From a virus (lineage: Duplodnaviria > Caudoviricetes), in IMG/VR virus record IMGVR_UViG_3300025018_000091: DNA of 64,000 nt. One strand, given 5' to 3'. The translations under genes were made by a program, and so were the position numbers. The notes beneath the pieces were generated by a model. The model did not search any database and had not been told where the DNA came from. It saw only the letters and a program-made list of their open reading frames with translations. The stretch's first letter is position 1. Every line of letters begins with the position of its first letter. Positions 55,541-64,000 of this stretch are shown here, piece by piece.

Positions 55541-55870
55541 TCATGAAAACGCAGCTATCTTATTTACTCTGCGCATTAATTTTTCAGTCTCTTTAGCCAT
55601 TTCATCTGCAAATGGTTTAGCTAATATTAATACCTTATCTAATTTATCGTTTTCTAACCATAATACATCACCATTTTTAATTTCCCTGTCAACAGATGTA
55701 TATCCAAATCCCCAATGTGAACTATATTCAAATATATAAGCGAGAGGATAAACTAAAAGTTTTAGAAAATACCCATTACAACAAACTTCTATTACATATG
55801 GAACCTTACCACAAGTAAAGTGTTGTAAATAAATAGTTTTATAATCAGTATCAGTTGACATATTATTCAT
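55541..55870 (-). CDS. hypothetical protein (xxLxxF-ending family)
   Basis: Ends RVNKIAAFS. Confidence 0.55.
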   Translation of the reverse strand: MNNMSTDTDYKTIYLQHFTCGKVPYVIEVCCNGYFLKLLVYPLAYIFEYSSHWGFGYTSVDREIKNGDVLWLENDKLDKVLILAKPFADEMAKETEKLMRRVNKIAAFS

Positions 55871-56459
55871 ATAAATGAATTAAACTTTTAACCTTATATG
55901 ATCTTCTATGTAATGGAGATAATCCGTACTTACTAATAGCAGAAATATGTGAAGGACTTCCATAACCTACATTCTTTATCCATCCATATTCTGGATGAAG
56001 CTTATCTAAGAAATGCATTAAACCATCACGATAATTCTTCGCAATTATACTCGCCGCCATTACTGTAGGAAATTTTGTGTCAGCCTTAACCTCCGTCTTG
56101 ATAGTGTAAGCACGCAGACTAGGACAGTCAAATTTTAAATTTCCATCAACAATTATTAAAATTGGATTATGCTCGCCCAGCGCATGGAAAACTTCTATAT
56201 ATGCGTCTCGTAATGCTGAAGCTACTCCAATTTGGTCAATAAGAACATTTGATTTCTCGGATATATGAAATGATATTTCATTAGACTCCACCAAATCGCT
56301 TAACTTGCCTCCCATAATTAAACGTTTCTTTTCAGAAAGCTTCTTAGAATCATTAAGACCCTCTAAATTCCAGTCTTCAGGAGCTTTAACTCCACATACA
56401 ACTAATGGTCCGGCTAAGCAACCGTAGCCTACTTCGTCTGCTCCAATAATATTATTCAT
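55863..56459 (-). CDS. rnhB: ribonuclease HII
   Basis: GADEVGYGCLAGP, LNDSKKLSEKKR, IVDGN, AASIIAK..RD, NVGYG; start adjusted to MNNIIG. Confidence 0.93.
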   Translation of the reverse strand: MNNIIGADEVGYGCLAGPLVVCGVKAPEDWNLEGLNDSKKLSEKKRLIMGGKLSDLVESNEISFHISEKSNVLIDQIGVASALRDAYIEVFHALGEHNPILIIVDGNLKFDCPSLRAYTIKTEVKADTKFPTVMAASIIAKNYRDGLMHFLDKLHPEYGWIKNVGYGSPSHISAISKYGLSPLHRRSYKVKSLIHLYE

Positions 56460-56511
56460 GTAAATGCTATATTCGTTATTATTAGGATCAATATATACAT
56501 TATTAATTTCT

Positions 56512-56766
56512 TTAATCATTTCGCCAAGTCGCAAGTTTAACTACTTCTTCATGAGTAGTATTATTATCTTCACACACCTTATCATAAATCGCCTGCAAGA
56601 CATGAACAACCATTCCGCTTGATAAACTACCATGAATACAATGATCCAATACCTCTAACACTTGAATTGGAGTAGGCGGATTTTTCCACTTACTAATAAG
56701 CGGTTTCATTGTGGCATCTATCTGAGAATCTGGCGCGCTTTGTAACAAATCAATTAGTTCTTTCAT
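56512..56766 (-). CDS. hypothetical protein
   Basis: GGA RBS, operon. Confidence 0.55.
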   Translation of the reverse strand: MKELIDLLQSAPDSQIDATMKPLISKWKNPPTPIQVLEVLDHCIHGSLSSGMVVHVLQAIYDKVCEDNNTTHEEVVKLATWRND

Positions 56767-56774
56767 ATTATTTC

Positions 56775-57533
56775 CTATAATTTAAAACAGGTTTTTTCCA
56801 AAACGCTAAGAACCGAATCCGGTTCACAGCCATATATTCCAGATGCCCAAGCCTGATTACTTTCAATTACTGCCCAACCATCTTCCATAATACCAACATC
56901 CACCACCGATGGTGTAGTTGGCACCACCGCTATTGCTTGGTTAACAAACTTCTCAGCCTCAGCACAATTAGGGTTATGCCAGTGTTTCGGCTCATTAATC
57001 TCGCCATGGTACAAATAACAGCTTACTGTAAGGCATTTGTTACCATCGACGAAACATCTGTACTCTTCTACAAAGTTTACAGGATCAGATATTAATACTG
57101 GCGTTTCAGGTTCTACTACAGGTGGCGGACTAAACTCATGCGCAGTATAAAGCTTAGCATCAAAACATTTATCATCTGCCGGTTTAATAAATCTACTTCC
57201 TTCAAACTCTAAATTACGAGCATCTTTTAATGAGTAAAACTTTACTTCTCTTTTAAGAAATTCATATGGAAATAAAGTTAACCAATGATGCGGATTCCCT
57301 ATTAATCCCCAGTTCATTTGTTGAGATATAACCTCACAAAATGTTTGAGAACCATATGGACAACCGGCAAGATTTGACTCAATAATCTCATCTGGCAATC
57401 TCCAACCAAAATGAGCGCCATGAGTATCCCATCCTCTGGCTCTAGCAACCATTTGCATTGCTAAAATTTCATTATGAAGCCTTCCGGCTCTGGGCTGAGA
57501 GATAAATATCATTTCACATTCCAACATGACCAA
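56775..57533 (-). CDS. ATP-grasp domain protein (DUF4343-like)
   Basis: FIKP...K.F, EEYRCFV, VVDVG, VIESN. Confidence 0.8.
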   Translation of the reverse strand: MVMLECEMIFISQPRAGRLHNEILAMQMVARARGWDTHGAHFGWRLPDEIIESNLAGCPYGSQTFCEVISQQMNWGLIGNPHHWLTLFPYEFLKREVKFYSLKDARNLEFEGSRFIKPADDKCFDAKLYTAHEFSPPPVVEPETPVLISDPVNFVEEYRCFVDGNKCLTVSCYLYHGEINEPKHWHNPNCAEAEKFVNQAIAVVPTTPSVVDVGIMEDGWAVIESNQAWASGIYGCEPDSVLSVLEKTCFKL

Positions 57534-57721
57534 CCTGAAACACTTACTGTGTTCTTACAGTTTGAACATTCTATATAAAAAGAAACATCATGTTCACCCA
57601 TAGAATATCCGCTAGACGATTTTACATCCACTCCAGTATATTCTAATTCATAACAACATATAGTACACATTACCTTTTTAGTTTTTAAAGGCTTATCTGA
57701 TACAACTTTAACTGTCATCAT
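57509..57721 (-). CDS. small Zn-ribbon protein
   Basis: CTIC..LE....DV...CSNC. Confidence 0.55.
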   Translation of the reverse strand: MMTVKVVSDKPLKTKKVMCTICCYELEYTGVDVKSSSGYSMGEHDVSFYIECSNCKNTVSVSGWSCWNVK

Positions 57722-58200
57722 AAATCCTTCCTAATACCACAGAAAGCATTAACTGCACGAGAAAGCAGTTCTTCCTTTAAACAAATCTCATCACACAGCA
57801 TCATTCTGTGATATCCAATATCATGAAGCCATGCAATCTCTACAATGTCAGAACAAGAAGGAATTTCACTATCAATAATAGATAGAAGTAATCTAGAACC
57901 AACACAAGCTTCTGGATCTTTATCAATTATCATTCGTAGCGCAGGAACAATATCATGCGGTCTTGGCAATTCAACATACATATCACCACGTGCTGCAACA
58001 AGAACTAAATTCTCTTTCTTCTGAAAAGTAGAAACAAAACGCATTCCTTCAAGGCTTTCAATCTTTAACCACACTTCAGCATCTTGTCCAACCAATTCTT
58101 GGAACTGGTCTACATCAGATTGTTTCTCTACATATGAAAGAAAATACTTTTTGAATCCAGCAGCCTTTACTTGCTCAATCTTCTTGATTTCTTCTGGCAC
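57718..58200 (-). CDS. C-terminal half of a pyruvate kinase-like barrel
   Basis: FLSYVE..SDV, LKIESLEG, AARGDMYVE, RLLLS...PSCSD, MMLCDE. Confidence 0.6.
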   Translation of the reverse strand: MPEEIKKIEQVKAAGFKKYFLSYVEKQSDVDQFQELVGQDAEVWLKIESLEGMRFVSTFQKKENLVLVAARGDMYVELPRPHDIVPALRMIIDKDPEACVGSRLLLSIIDSEIPSCSDIVEIAWLHDIGYHRMMLCDEICLKEELLSRAVNAFCGIRKDL

Positions 58201-58263
58201 GATTGTTTACTTCTAACACTTTATAAGGGTCAAACATAACTCTTCCTGTCTCCTTGTACTGGA

Positions 58264-58291
58264 AATATAATCATTTTTCGCGGCGTGTCAA
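58264..58291 (-). promoter_or_regulatory. sigma70-like early promoter
   Basis: TTGACA-N16-TATATT. Confidence 0.65.
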
Positions 58292-58325
58292 CGCTCCGCG
58301 CAATTTATAAAATACGGCAAGAATT

Positions 58326-58481
58326 TTACTTACCAATAACAAATACTTGTCTACCGATAAGAACCCTTTTCTTACTATTATATGTGTAATCTACAAAGAA
58401 AATACTACCAGGATCTAGTGGTCTAGACTTAATGATTTTATATTCAATCAGTTTGTCTTTATTTTCTAATAATTTAATCAA
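58326..58481 (-). CDS. small hypothetical protein (51 aa, TTG start; not in ORF track)
   Basis: AGGAG RBS; MIKLLENK...RPLDPGSIFFVDYTY... Confidence 0.4.
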   Translation of the reverse strand: MIKLLENKDKLIEYKIIKSRPLDPGSIFFVDYTYNSKKRVLIGRQVFVIGK

Positions 58482-58502
58482 AACATATCTCCTAAAAATA
58501 GA

Positions 58503-58526
58503 AATGGGCGGTTGGAGCCGCCCATT
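58503..58526 (-). terminator. GC-rich hairpin / terminator
   Basis: AATGGGCGG-CTCCAA-CCGCCCATT followed by TCTATTTTT. Confidence 0.6.
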
Positions 58527-58544
58527 ATACTACATTTATGTTAG

Positions 58545-58904
58545 TTAGTTATATCTTGATATTGTGCTAATATTATGTGTCTCTTCATACTGTTGAATTA
58601 ATCTAATGCAATCAGAAGATTGACTTACAGCATCACCAAAATAAGCATTATCGCATATTTTCATCAAGAAACTCTTAATATGTGGCAATGATGTTCTTTG
58701 TACAGCACCACTCTTAATCGATTCTTCAACTCCCATTTCTAATATATTATCTATCTGATTTTGCATTTGCCAAGTTAACTTGGTAAATTCTCTACAAATA
58801 TTAATAATATCAGAAATGTCAATCGGAATACTATATTCGTCTTCTTTCTCGTGGGTTGGGGTTGGGGTACTTACTCTTAAAACTTCCAATTCATGTGCAG
58901 TCAT
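58545..58904 (-). CDS. hypothetical protein
   Basis: GGAG RBS. Confidence 0.6.
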   Translation of the reverse strand: MTAHELEVLRVSTPTPTHEKEDEYSIPIDISDIINICREFTKLTWQMQNQIDNILEMGVEESIKSGAVQRTSLPHIKSFLMKICDNAYFGDAVSQSSDCIRLIQQYEETHNISTISRYN

Positions 58905-59044
58905 GATGCAACTCCATATTTAGAAACTATAATCAGAAAACTTCAATATTTACAGTATATAAGACCTCCTCACAATCAAAATAACCTGTCACTGATATTC
59001 TAAATTATTGGTATTTTTAACGTAATTTCCACACAAATCTATAA

Positions 59045-59374
59045 CTATAAAATAAGTTTATTACTTGACTTTATAGCTTCTTCTAAATTGGAATTAATAA
59101 TCAAATATAAGTCATCAACAGCATAGCCTTTATGGGCAATTCCTATTGAATAGAACTCCTCTGCATAAACATGACATTGAGAACATAATGAAATTCCATT
59201 TTCTTTTACATATCCACCATTCGGTATTTGTGTCCTGGGTGTAATATGATGAGCATCTAACTCTTGTTCTGCTCTATCTTTTGAAGATTTAAACCCACAC
59301 TTAGCGCAACAATACTTGTCTCTCTCAAAACAAGCATCTCTAAATCTTCTTCGTATTTCTTTCTTCTTGGACAT
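59045..59374 (-). CDS. small HNH endonuclease
   Basis: RD.YCCAKCG, LDAHHI, NGISLCSQCH. Confidence 0.85.
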   Translation of the reverse strand: MSKKKEIRRRFRDACFERDKYCCAKCGFKSSKDRAEQELDAHHITPRTQIPNGGYVKENGISLCSQCHVYAEEFYSIGIAHKGYAVDDLYLIINSNLEEAIKSSNKLIL

Positions 59375-60098
59375 ATTTACTTCTATGAAAACGATGATTC
59401 ACGCCGTCTAATATATTTTGTTTAGCAGATAGTGGTCTTAAATTTTCTAAGCCCCAACACTTCTTAAAATTTTCATCTTGCATTGAAATATATGGTAAAT
59501 CTGATTGTGGAATTATATGATCTAATTGCCAAGTCCAGGTTGATTGATCATTGTCATCCCAAATTTTAGCATTATAGACGCCTTGATTTTTCCAAGTCAT
59601 CCAGGGTTCAAATAATTTTTCTAAATAATCCTTTAATTCATCTATCGAATATAATAAGTTATCTTTAATTGAGCCATTCTTATTAGAAGAAGATAGTTTT
59701 AACATCCTTGAAACTGCTCTTGAAATCAAATTTCTTAATTTGTAAGCAGGGTCTGTATCTCTTCTTATTTTCCTTCTCTTATTTTTTTGAACATTAATTG
59801 AGGACCTGTTCTTATCAAGATACAATTTTTTGTTCTTAGATATAAGTTTTTTGTTTTCTAAGTCAGCTCTATAATCTAAACCATATTTGATTAAACTATC
59901 TTTATTAGCTATATAATAATTTCGCCTGTACTTATTTAAGTCGTCTTTGTGCAAAAGACGATATTTATTATTAGCGTCCTTAGTACAAGGAATACATTTG
60001 CTTGATTTTTTATCAAGTTTTTTATAAAACTCACATAGTGGTTTTAAATCACCACATTTGCCACATACCTTATACCCATCTTGCATATAAATATGCAA
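59340..60098 (-). CDS. HNH endonuclease (paralog of 21341 and 22517)
   Basis: WTWQLDHIIPQS...WGLENLRPLSAKQN. Confidence 0.85.
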   Translation of the reverse strand: MHIYMQDGYKVCGKCGDLKPLCEFYKKLDKKSSKCIPCTKDANNKYRLLHKDDLNKYRRNYYIANKDSLIKYGLDYRADLENKKLISKNKKLYLDKNRSSINVQKNKRRKIRRDTDPAYKLRNLISRAVSRMLKLSSSNKNGSIKDNLLYSIDELKDYLEKLFEPWMTWKNQGVYNAKIWDDNDQSTWTWQLDHIIPQSDLPYISMQDENFKKCWGLENLRPLSAKQNILDGVNHRFHRSKYVQEERNTKKI

Positions 60099-60128
60099 AG
60101 CTATTGATAGATATTCAAAAAAGATATC

Positions 60129-60629
60129 TCACAAAGATATCTCTAATTCATTGTAGATAATATCAAACCCATATTTCTCATATAAAACATGAATAGATGA
60201 CCTTACATCCGAATATTTTGAAGACAAATTTGTGATACAATTCTTCCCATCATGCTCCTCATAAAATATAGATTCAAGTGCGTTTACTCCGCATATCTTT
60301 TCCAGCCTATCTAACTCCATTATCAATACATCTATATTTAGATCTGTTGGAGGAATAGTTTCGTGTGTAATACACGGAATGGTATCAGATACTGATTCTG
60401 TGTGAAAAGTCGAAGTTTCCATTTTTTTTGTACTAATAGCAAAATGTATTAATACTTGATACTTATCAACATAAGATGGTATAAATTCTAAAATTTCTTT
60501 TGATTGCCACAATGTATATACTACAAGTCTATGATACCTGTCTTCTTTAACATCATAAAACCATTCTTTACCTTGAACTAAACATCTAAGATAATTGAGT
60601 GCGTCTTCCATATTCATTATAAATTCCAA
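60129..60629 (-). CDS. hypothetical protein
   Basis: ORF in operon. Confidence 0.55.
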   Translation of the reverse strand: MEFIMNMEDALNYLRCLVQGKEWFYDVKEDRYHRLVVYTLWQSKEILEFIPSYVDKYQVLIHFAISTKKMETSTFHTESVSDTIPCITHETIPPTDLNIDVLIMELDRLEKICGVNALESIFYEEHDGKNCITNLSSKYSDVRSSIHVLYEKYGFDIIYNELEISL

Positions 60630-60926
60630 TCAATTATTGCCTCTTATTCTAGATAAGAGTCTTGATAAAATGCCTTTTTTCGGAGGTTTGCAAGGAGTTT
60701 TAACAGAAGAATGTTTCCTTTTTAACTCTTCAATTAATGCTGCTCTTGCATTATCATCTTTAATTATTAGCATAAAGAGATCTTCTTGAGTTTCTCTTAT
60801 GCGCCGACTTAATCTGCAATTAAACTCATTACGAATAATTGTTGCTTCATGAGTTGAACATGAAGTACAGCTGCATTTGCATCTATCACTATGAACAATT
60901 CCTTCAAAACAATAATGAGAATACAT
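60630..60926 (-). CDS. hypothetical protein
   Basis: AAGGT RBS. Confidence 0.5.
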   Translation of the reverse strand: MYSHYCFEGIVHSDRCKCSCTSCSTHEATIIRNEFNCRLSRRIRETQEDLFMLIIKDDNARAALIEELKRKHSSVKTPCKPPKKGILSRLLSRIRGNN

Positions 60927-60940
60927 TAATTACCTTACTT

Positions 60941-61034
60941 TGGCGGAAGGTAGAGGATTTGAACCTCTGGACGGGGTTAATCCCGTCAACAGTTTAGCAA
61001 ACTGCCGCATTAAACCAGACTCTGCCAACCTTCC
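60941..61034 (-). tRNA. tRNA-Ser(GCT)
   Basis: Loop TT-GCT-AA, long variable arm, G73-CCA. Confidence 0.92.
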
Positions 61035-61043
61035 CTGGTTATA

Positions 61044-61966
61044 TTATATCTCGATATTGATAAGTTCTTCATTTAAAGCATTTAGCAGATCAAAATTCTC
61101 TACTGTCTTATAATGATCTGGAATTCCATCTAAACCATAATATGTTCCTGCTAATGCTCCAACAATAGCTGCTGTTGTATCTGTATCTCCACCAGCTCTT
61201 ACCGCCATAATGACAGCATCTTCAAAAGAAGATGTAGCTAATAGACAATAGAGTGTGGCACCTACTGTTTCAGGAACATAACCACTAGTTCCAATAGAAG
61301 CTAGTGCTACCTTAGGATCTATTTTTTCATGAAGAGCTGATTGAACATCTAATAGTTTAGACTTAACAACGCACTCAGGTAACACAGGTATAATCCATCC
61401 TATTAAACTAGATAAAGATATTGTTCCAACCGATCTATCTGATAATATAGCCGTAGCTAAAGCAACAGTACATGATCCTATCTTAGGCTCTAATGAGTTA
61501 TGAGTTATACTGGCATCTTCTATTGCATATTGCATTAGTAATTCTGGTTTGTTTCTATAAACAATACCAATTGGAGATGCCCTCATAGCCGTTCCATTAC
61601 CACCAGATTGTAAGCTAGTTAAACCACTCTCTTGCCAAGTAGCACCTATCTTTAGGTTATTAATAGCTGTAGCTGTAGTTGAGCCAATTCCTCTAGTATT
61701 CTTAGAATCATACCAAGATAAATATTCTTTTGCAACATCTTCTGGATCGAAACCATTTGATTGAATCATACTTTTTGAAAGAGCAATAGTCATTAAAGTA
61801 TCATCTGTATACTGACCAGCTTCACCTTTCCAAAAGTACCACCGGCTTTGAATAAGCCATCCCATTCTGTGAGTGAGGGGCTTATTGCTGCTTTCATTTC
61901 GAATGGATTGCCCAAGGCATCGCCTATTGCGCACCCTACTAATGTTGCTGTTTTGAATTCGGTCAT
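61044..61966 (-). CDS. ADP-ribosylglycohydrolase, second copy (apparent one-base indel at A4 61832-61835)
   Basis: True N-terminus MTEFKTATLVGCAIGDALGNPFE from ATG 61966; body YTDDT, GNGTAMRASP, GGDTDTTAAIVG. Confidence 0.9.
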
Positions 61967-62241
61967 TTGATCTTCTTAGCTCTAACTGTTTTCTTCTTTG
62001 GAGGGTCTGGTGGTACTGCTGACTTAGCAGTTACTTCTTTACCAAAGACCTCTTCTTCTGATATAACAGTTCCTGCCTCAGAATTCTTAAGAATATCTTC
62101 TTTAATACTATCTCGATGTACTACAAAACTCTCTGTAGCACATTCTTTCTTATTAGGATTATTCTTAAACCATTGGCGAATACCATCATAAGCGTATTGA
62201 GCCTCTGTTGGAGACAACAAATTATATACAATGAATGTCAT
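61963..62241 (-). CDS. hypothetical protein
   Basis: Operonic overlap. Confidence 0.5.
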   Translation of the reverse strand: MTFIVYNLLSPTEAQYAYDGIRQWFKNNPNKKECATESFVVHRDSIKEDILKNSEAGTVISEEEVFGKEVTAKSAVPPDPPKKKTVRAKKIK

Positions 62242-62271
62242 TTGAATATAGCCTTACTTAATAAAAAATAT

Positions 62272-62359
62272 TGGCGGAAGGAAGAGGTCTCGATCCCCAC
62301 ACCCTTTCAGGTGCCATCTGCTTTCGAGGCAGCGCCAGTACCTTACTGGTTTACCTTCC
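62272..62359 (-). tRNA. tRNA-Ser(CGA)
   Basis: Loop CT-CGA-AA, variable arm, CCA. Confidence 0.88.
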
Positions 62360-62806
62360 ATAATGAATTTCGGCATGACAATTAGGACAAAGTAATTCCA
62401 AATTATCCATATCATCATTACCACCATCGCATCTTCTTATTTTATGATGTACTGTAAGAATATCTACATTTGGATAACTACAGTGTTCGCAAAAAGAGCC
62501 GCGCAATGAAACTAACCTTTCTTTTAAGATCCTTCGTGATTTTACTTTGTCTTTTATTGGTCTACCAGGACTCTGCCTATAAGTAGACCCAATCCTTAAC
62601 TTATTAGCACACCCTTTACTACAAGTCTTTTTATTCAAACCACTTTTAAACATTTCTCCGCATATTGAGCATTTAACAAATATAGTATTCCATTTGCTAT
62701 AACACTCAATACTACAAAATACATTTCCGCCTTCTATTTGTTTCGGTCTTCTATAAATACTTTTATTACAAACCTTACAATTACAATTTGGTTTTCGGTT
62801 GATCAT
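62351..62806 (-). CDS. HNH endonuclease with Zn-finger repeats
   Basis: CKVC..FCS..C repeats, LTVHHK...DNLELLCPNCH; stop lies inside the tRNA-Ser(CGA) 5' end. Confidence 0.88.
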   Translation of the reverse strand: MINRKPNCNCKVCNKSIYRRPKQIEGGNVFCSIECYSKWNTIFVKCSICGEMFKSGLNKKTCSKGCANKLRIGSTYRQSPGRPIKDKVKSRRILKERLVSLRGSFCEHCSYPNVDILTVHHKIRRCDGGNDDMDNLELLCPNCHAEIHYGR

Positions 62807-62823
62807 ATTTGTGTATATATCAT

Positions 62824-62859
62824 CAACTAACGCAATAAACCAGACTCTACCACGTTTCC
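62824..62859 (-). pseudogene. 5' fragment of a tRNA-Ser
   Basis: GGAAACG-TG-GTAGAGTCTGGTTTATTGC-G-TTAGT resembles the Ser(GCT) 5' half; breaks off in the anticodon arm. Confidence 0.65.
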
Positions 62860-62874
62860 ATAATAATTTTTAAG

Positions 62875-62964
62875 TGGAGGAAGGAATGGGATTCGAACCC
62901 ATGGACGCCTTTCGACGCCACTACCTTTCCAGGGTAGCCAAATAAACCGCTCTTGCACCCTTCC
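62875..62964 (-). tRNA. tRNA-Ser(GGA)
   Basis: Loop CT-GGA-AA, variable arm, CCA. Confidence 0.92.
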
Positions 62965-62966
62965 AT

Positions 62967-63041
62967 TGGAGATGTAGATGGGAATCGAACCCATAACATT
63001 AGTTTTGCAGACTAAGCTCTTAACCATTCGAGCACTACGTC
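62967..63041 (-). tRNA. tRNA-Cys(GCA)
   Basis: Loop CT-GCA-AA, U73-CCA. Confidence 0.92.
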
Positions 63042-63076
63042 ATGTATAGTATATATCAGAAAAGTGATATATCATA

Positions 63077-63799
63077 TTATCTTTTTGATCGAAACACCTT
63101 TACTTTATAAAAAGCGGACCTACTCAATGGATACACACAAAGAATTTCTTCTGAATATACCTCTTCAAAAAATTCAGACTTATCAAGAAGCGTATGTTCG
63201 CGGAATGTTACCACTCGAACCTCTCCGATCAAAGCGATTCTATCCAACATCTCCTGCGTCGTACTCGGACCAAACGAATCATACATATAAAACACCGTCC
63301 CATCGGAGATATCTACATCCAATACATCCGAATGAATCGTTTGAACGTTTTGCAGTCCAAACTATCTTGATAGCTTCCTAGAATCAGCTACCCTTGCCGT
63401 GTCAACTTCAATTCCCCTAACTTGACAATTCGTAATAAGTCCAATAAGGTTAATGAATATCCCACGACCCGAACCTAGATCATAGAATACATCATCTTTA
63501 GATAGATTTAACATCTTGATTGTTGAGACCATAGCCGCAAACTCAGTTGGACCATAGTGTGCATCATCTCTCGGAACCTCTTGTCGTGAATGATTATCTC
63601 CAAACTTGAGTCCACACAAAGCATATAAGTATTTGTATGTTAAATTGTAACCATCATAATCACGAACCAACTGTTCTAGGTGCTTGAGAAGGTTATCACC
63701 TCTTAATTGACCCGAAAGGATTTGATTACGATCTTCTCCTGCTTTGACAATAAGAAGATTTCCAACCTGTATTCTGTGATCAATGTCGTCTTGTGTCAT
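63077..63799 (-). pseudogene. DOT1-like SAM methyltransferase interrupted by one in-frame TAG (63362-63364)
   Basis: HYGPT, FYDLGSGRG, GIEVD; the frame continues FGLQNVQTIHSDVLDVDISDGTVFYMY. Confidence 0.7.
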
Positions 63800-63800
63800 A

Positions 63801-63998
63801 TTAATTCAACATATTATTATTTTCAATACTAATTTTTAATGCGGCTTCTGTCATAGGAGAATCAACTCCACAGTTTTTAATAAGAAACCTAGCAACACCA
63901 TGAATAACAGACAGTTTATCTGAATAATCTACATTAGGATAATTCATTACAGCTGACAATGTAGCATATACCTTATCGGCAGCATCCTGATCATCAAA
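63801..63998 (-). CDS. partial hypothetical protein (5' end outside window)
   Basis: Open frame FDDQDAADKVY...NNMLN-stop. Confidence 0.5.
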   Translation of the reverse strand, partial: FDDQDAADKVYATLSAVMNYPNVDYSDKLSVIHGVARFLIKNCGVDSPMTEAALKISIENNNMLN

Positions 63999-64000
63999 AT

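Overview
This window is a fragment of a large, AT-rich (roughly 30-35% GC by eye) tailed-phage genome of jumbo-phage type. Nearly all genes are on the minus strand. It is mainly an accessory/host-takeover region. It contains an rIIA/rIIB pair, a MoxR AAA + VWA/metallopeptidase pair, NAD-dependent DNA ligase, Dam, an intein-containing UvrD-like helicase and RNase HII. Translation-related genes are EF-Ts, PTH2, Thg1, GroES and two RlmN-like radical SAM proteins. There are 17 apparently intact tRNAs plus several truncated or tRNA-like RNAs, and about a dozen free-standing endonuclease genes or remnants. Highlights: (1) an NAD/ADP-ribose toolkit (full WGR-regulatory-catalytic PARP, adjacent ART-like protein, Macro, NADAR, two ADP-ribosylglycohydrolases, NAMPT + NadM-Nudix); (2) a 57-aa Flp pilin missed by the ORF track; (3) an RlmN-like enzyme whose AACGQL catalytic-Cys segment is a separate 47-aa gene; (4) a 75-nt tRNA-like RNA with alanine identity elements but no D/anticodon arm; (5) a tRNA-His with A73 in a genome encoding Thg1; (6) hairpins masking the start codons of several endonuclease genes. 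Several genes are broken by single-base indels in homopolymer runs, which suggests assembly error, so the frameshift and pseudogene calls need read-level checking. All family assignments come from motif recognition by eye; no database search was run.
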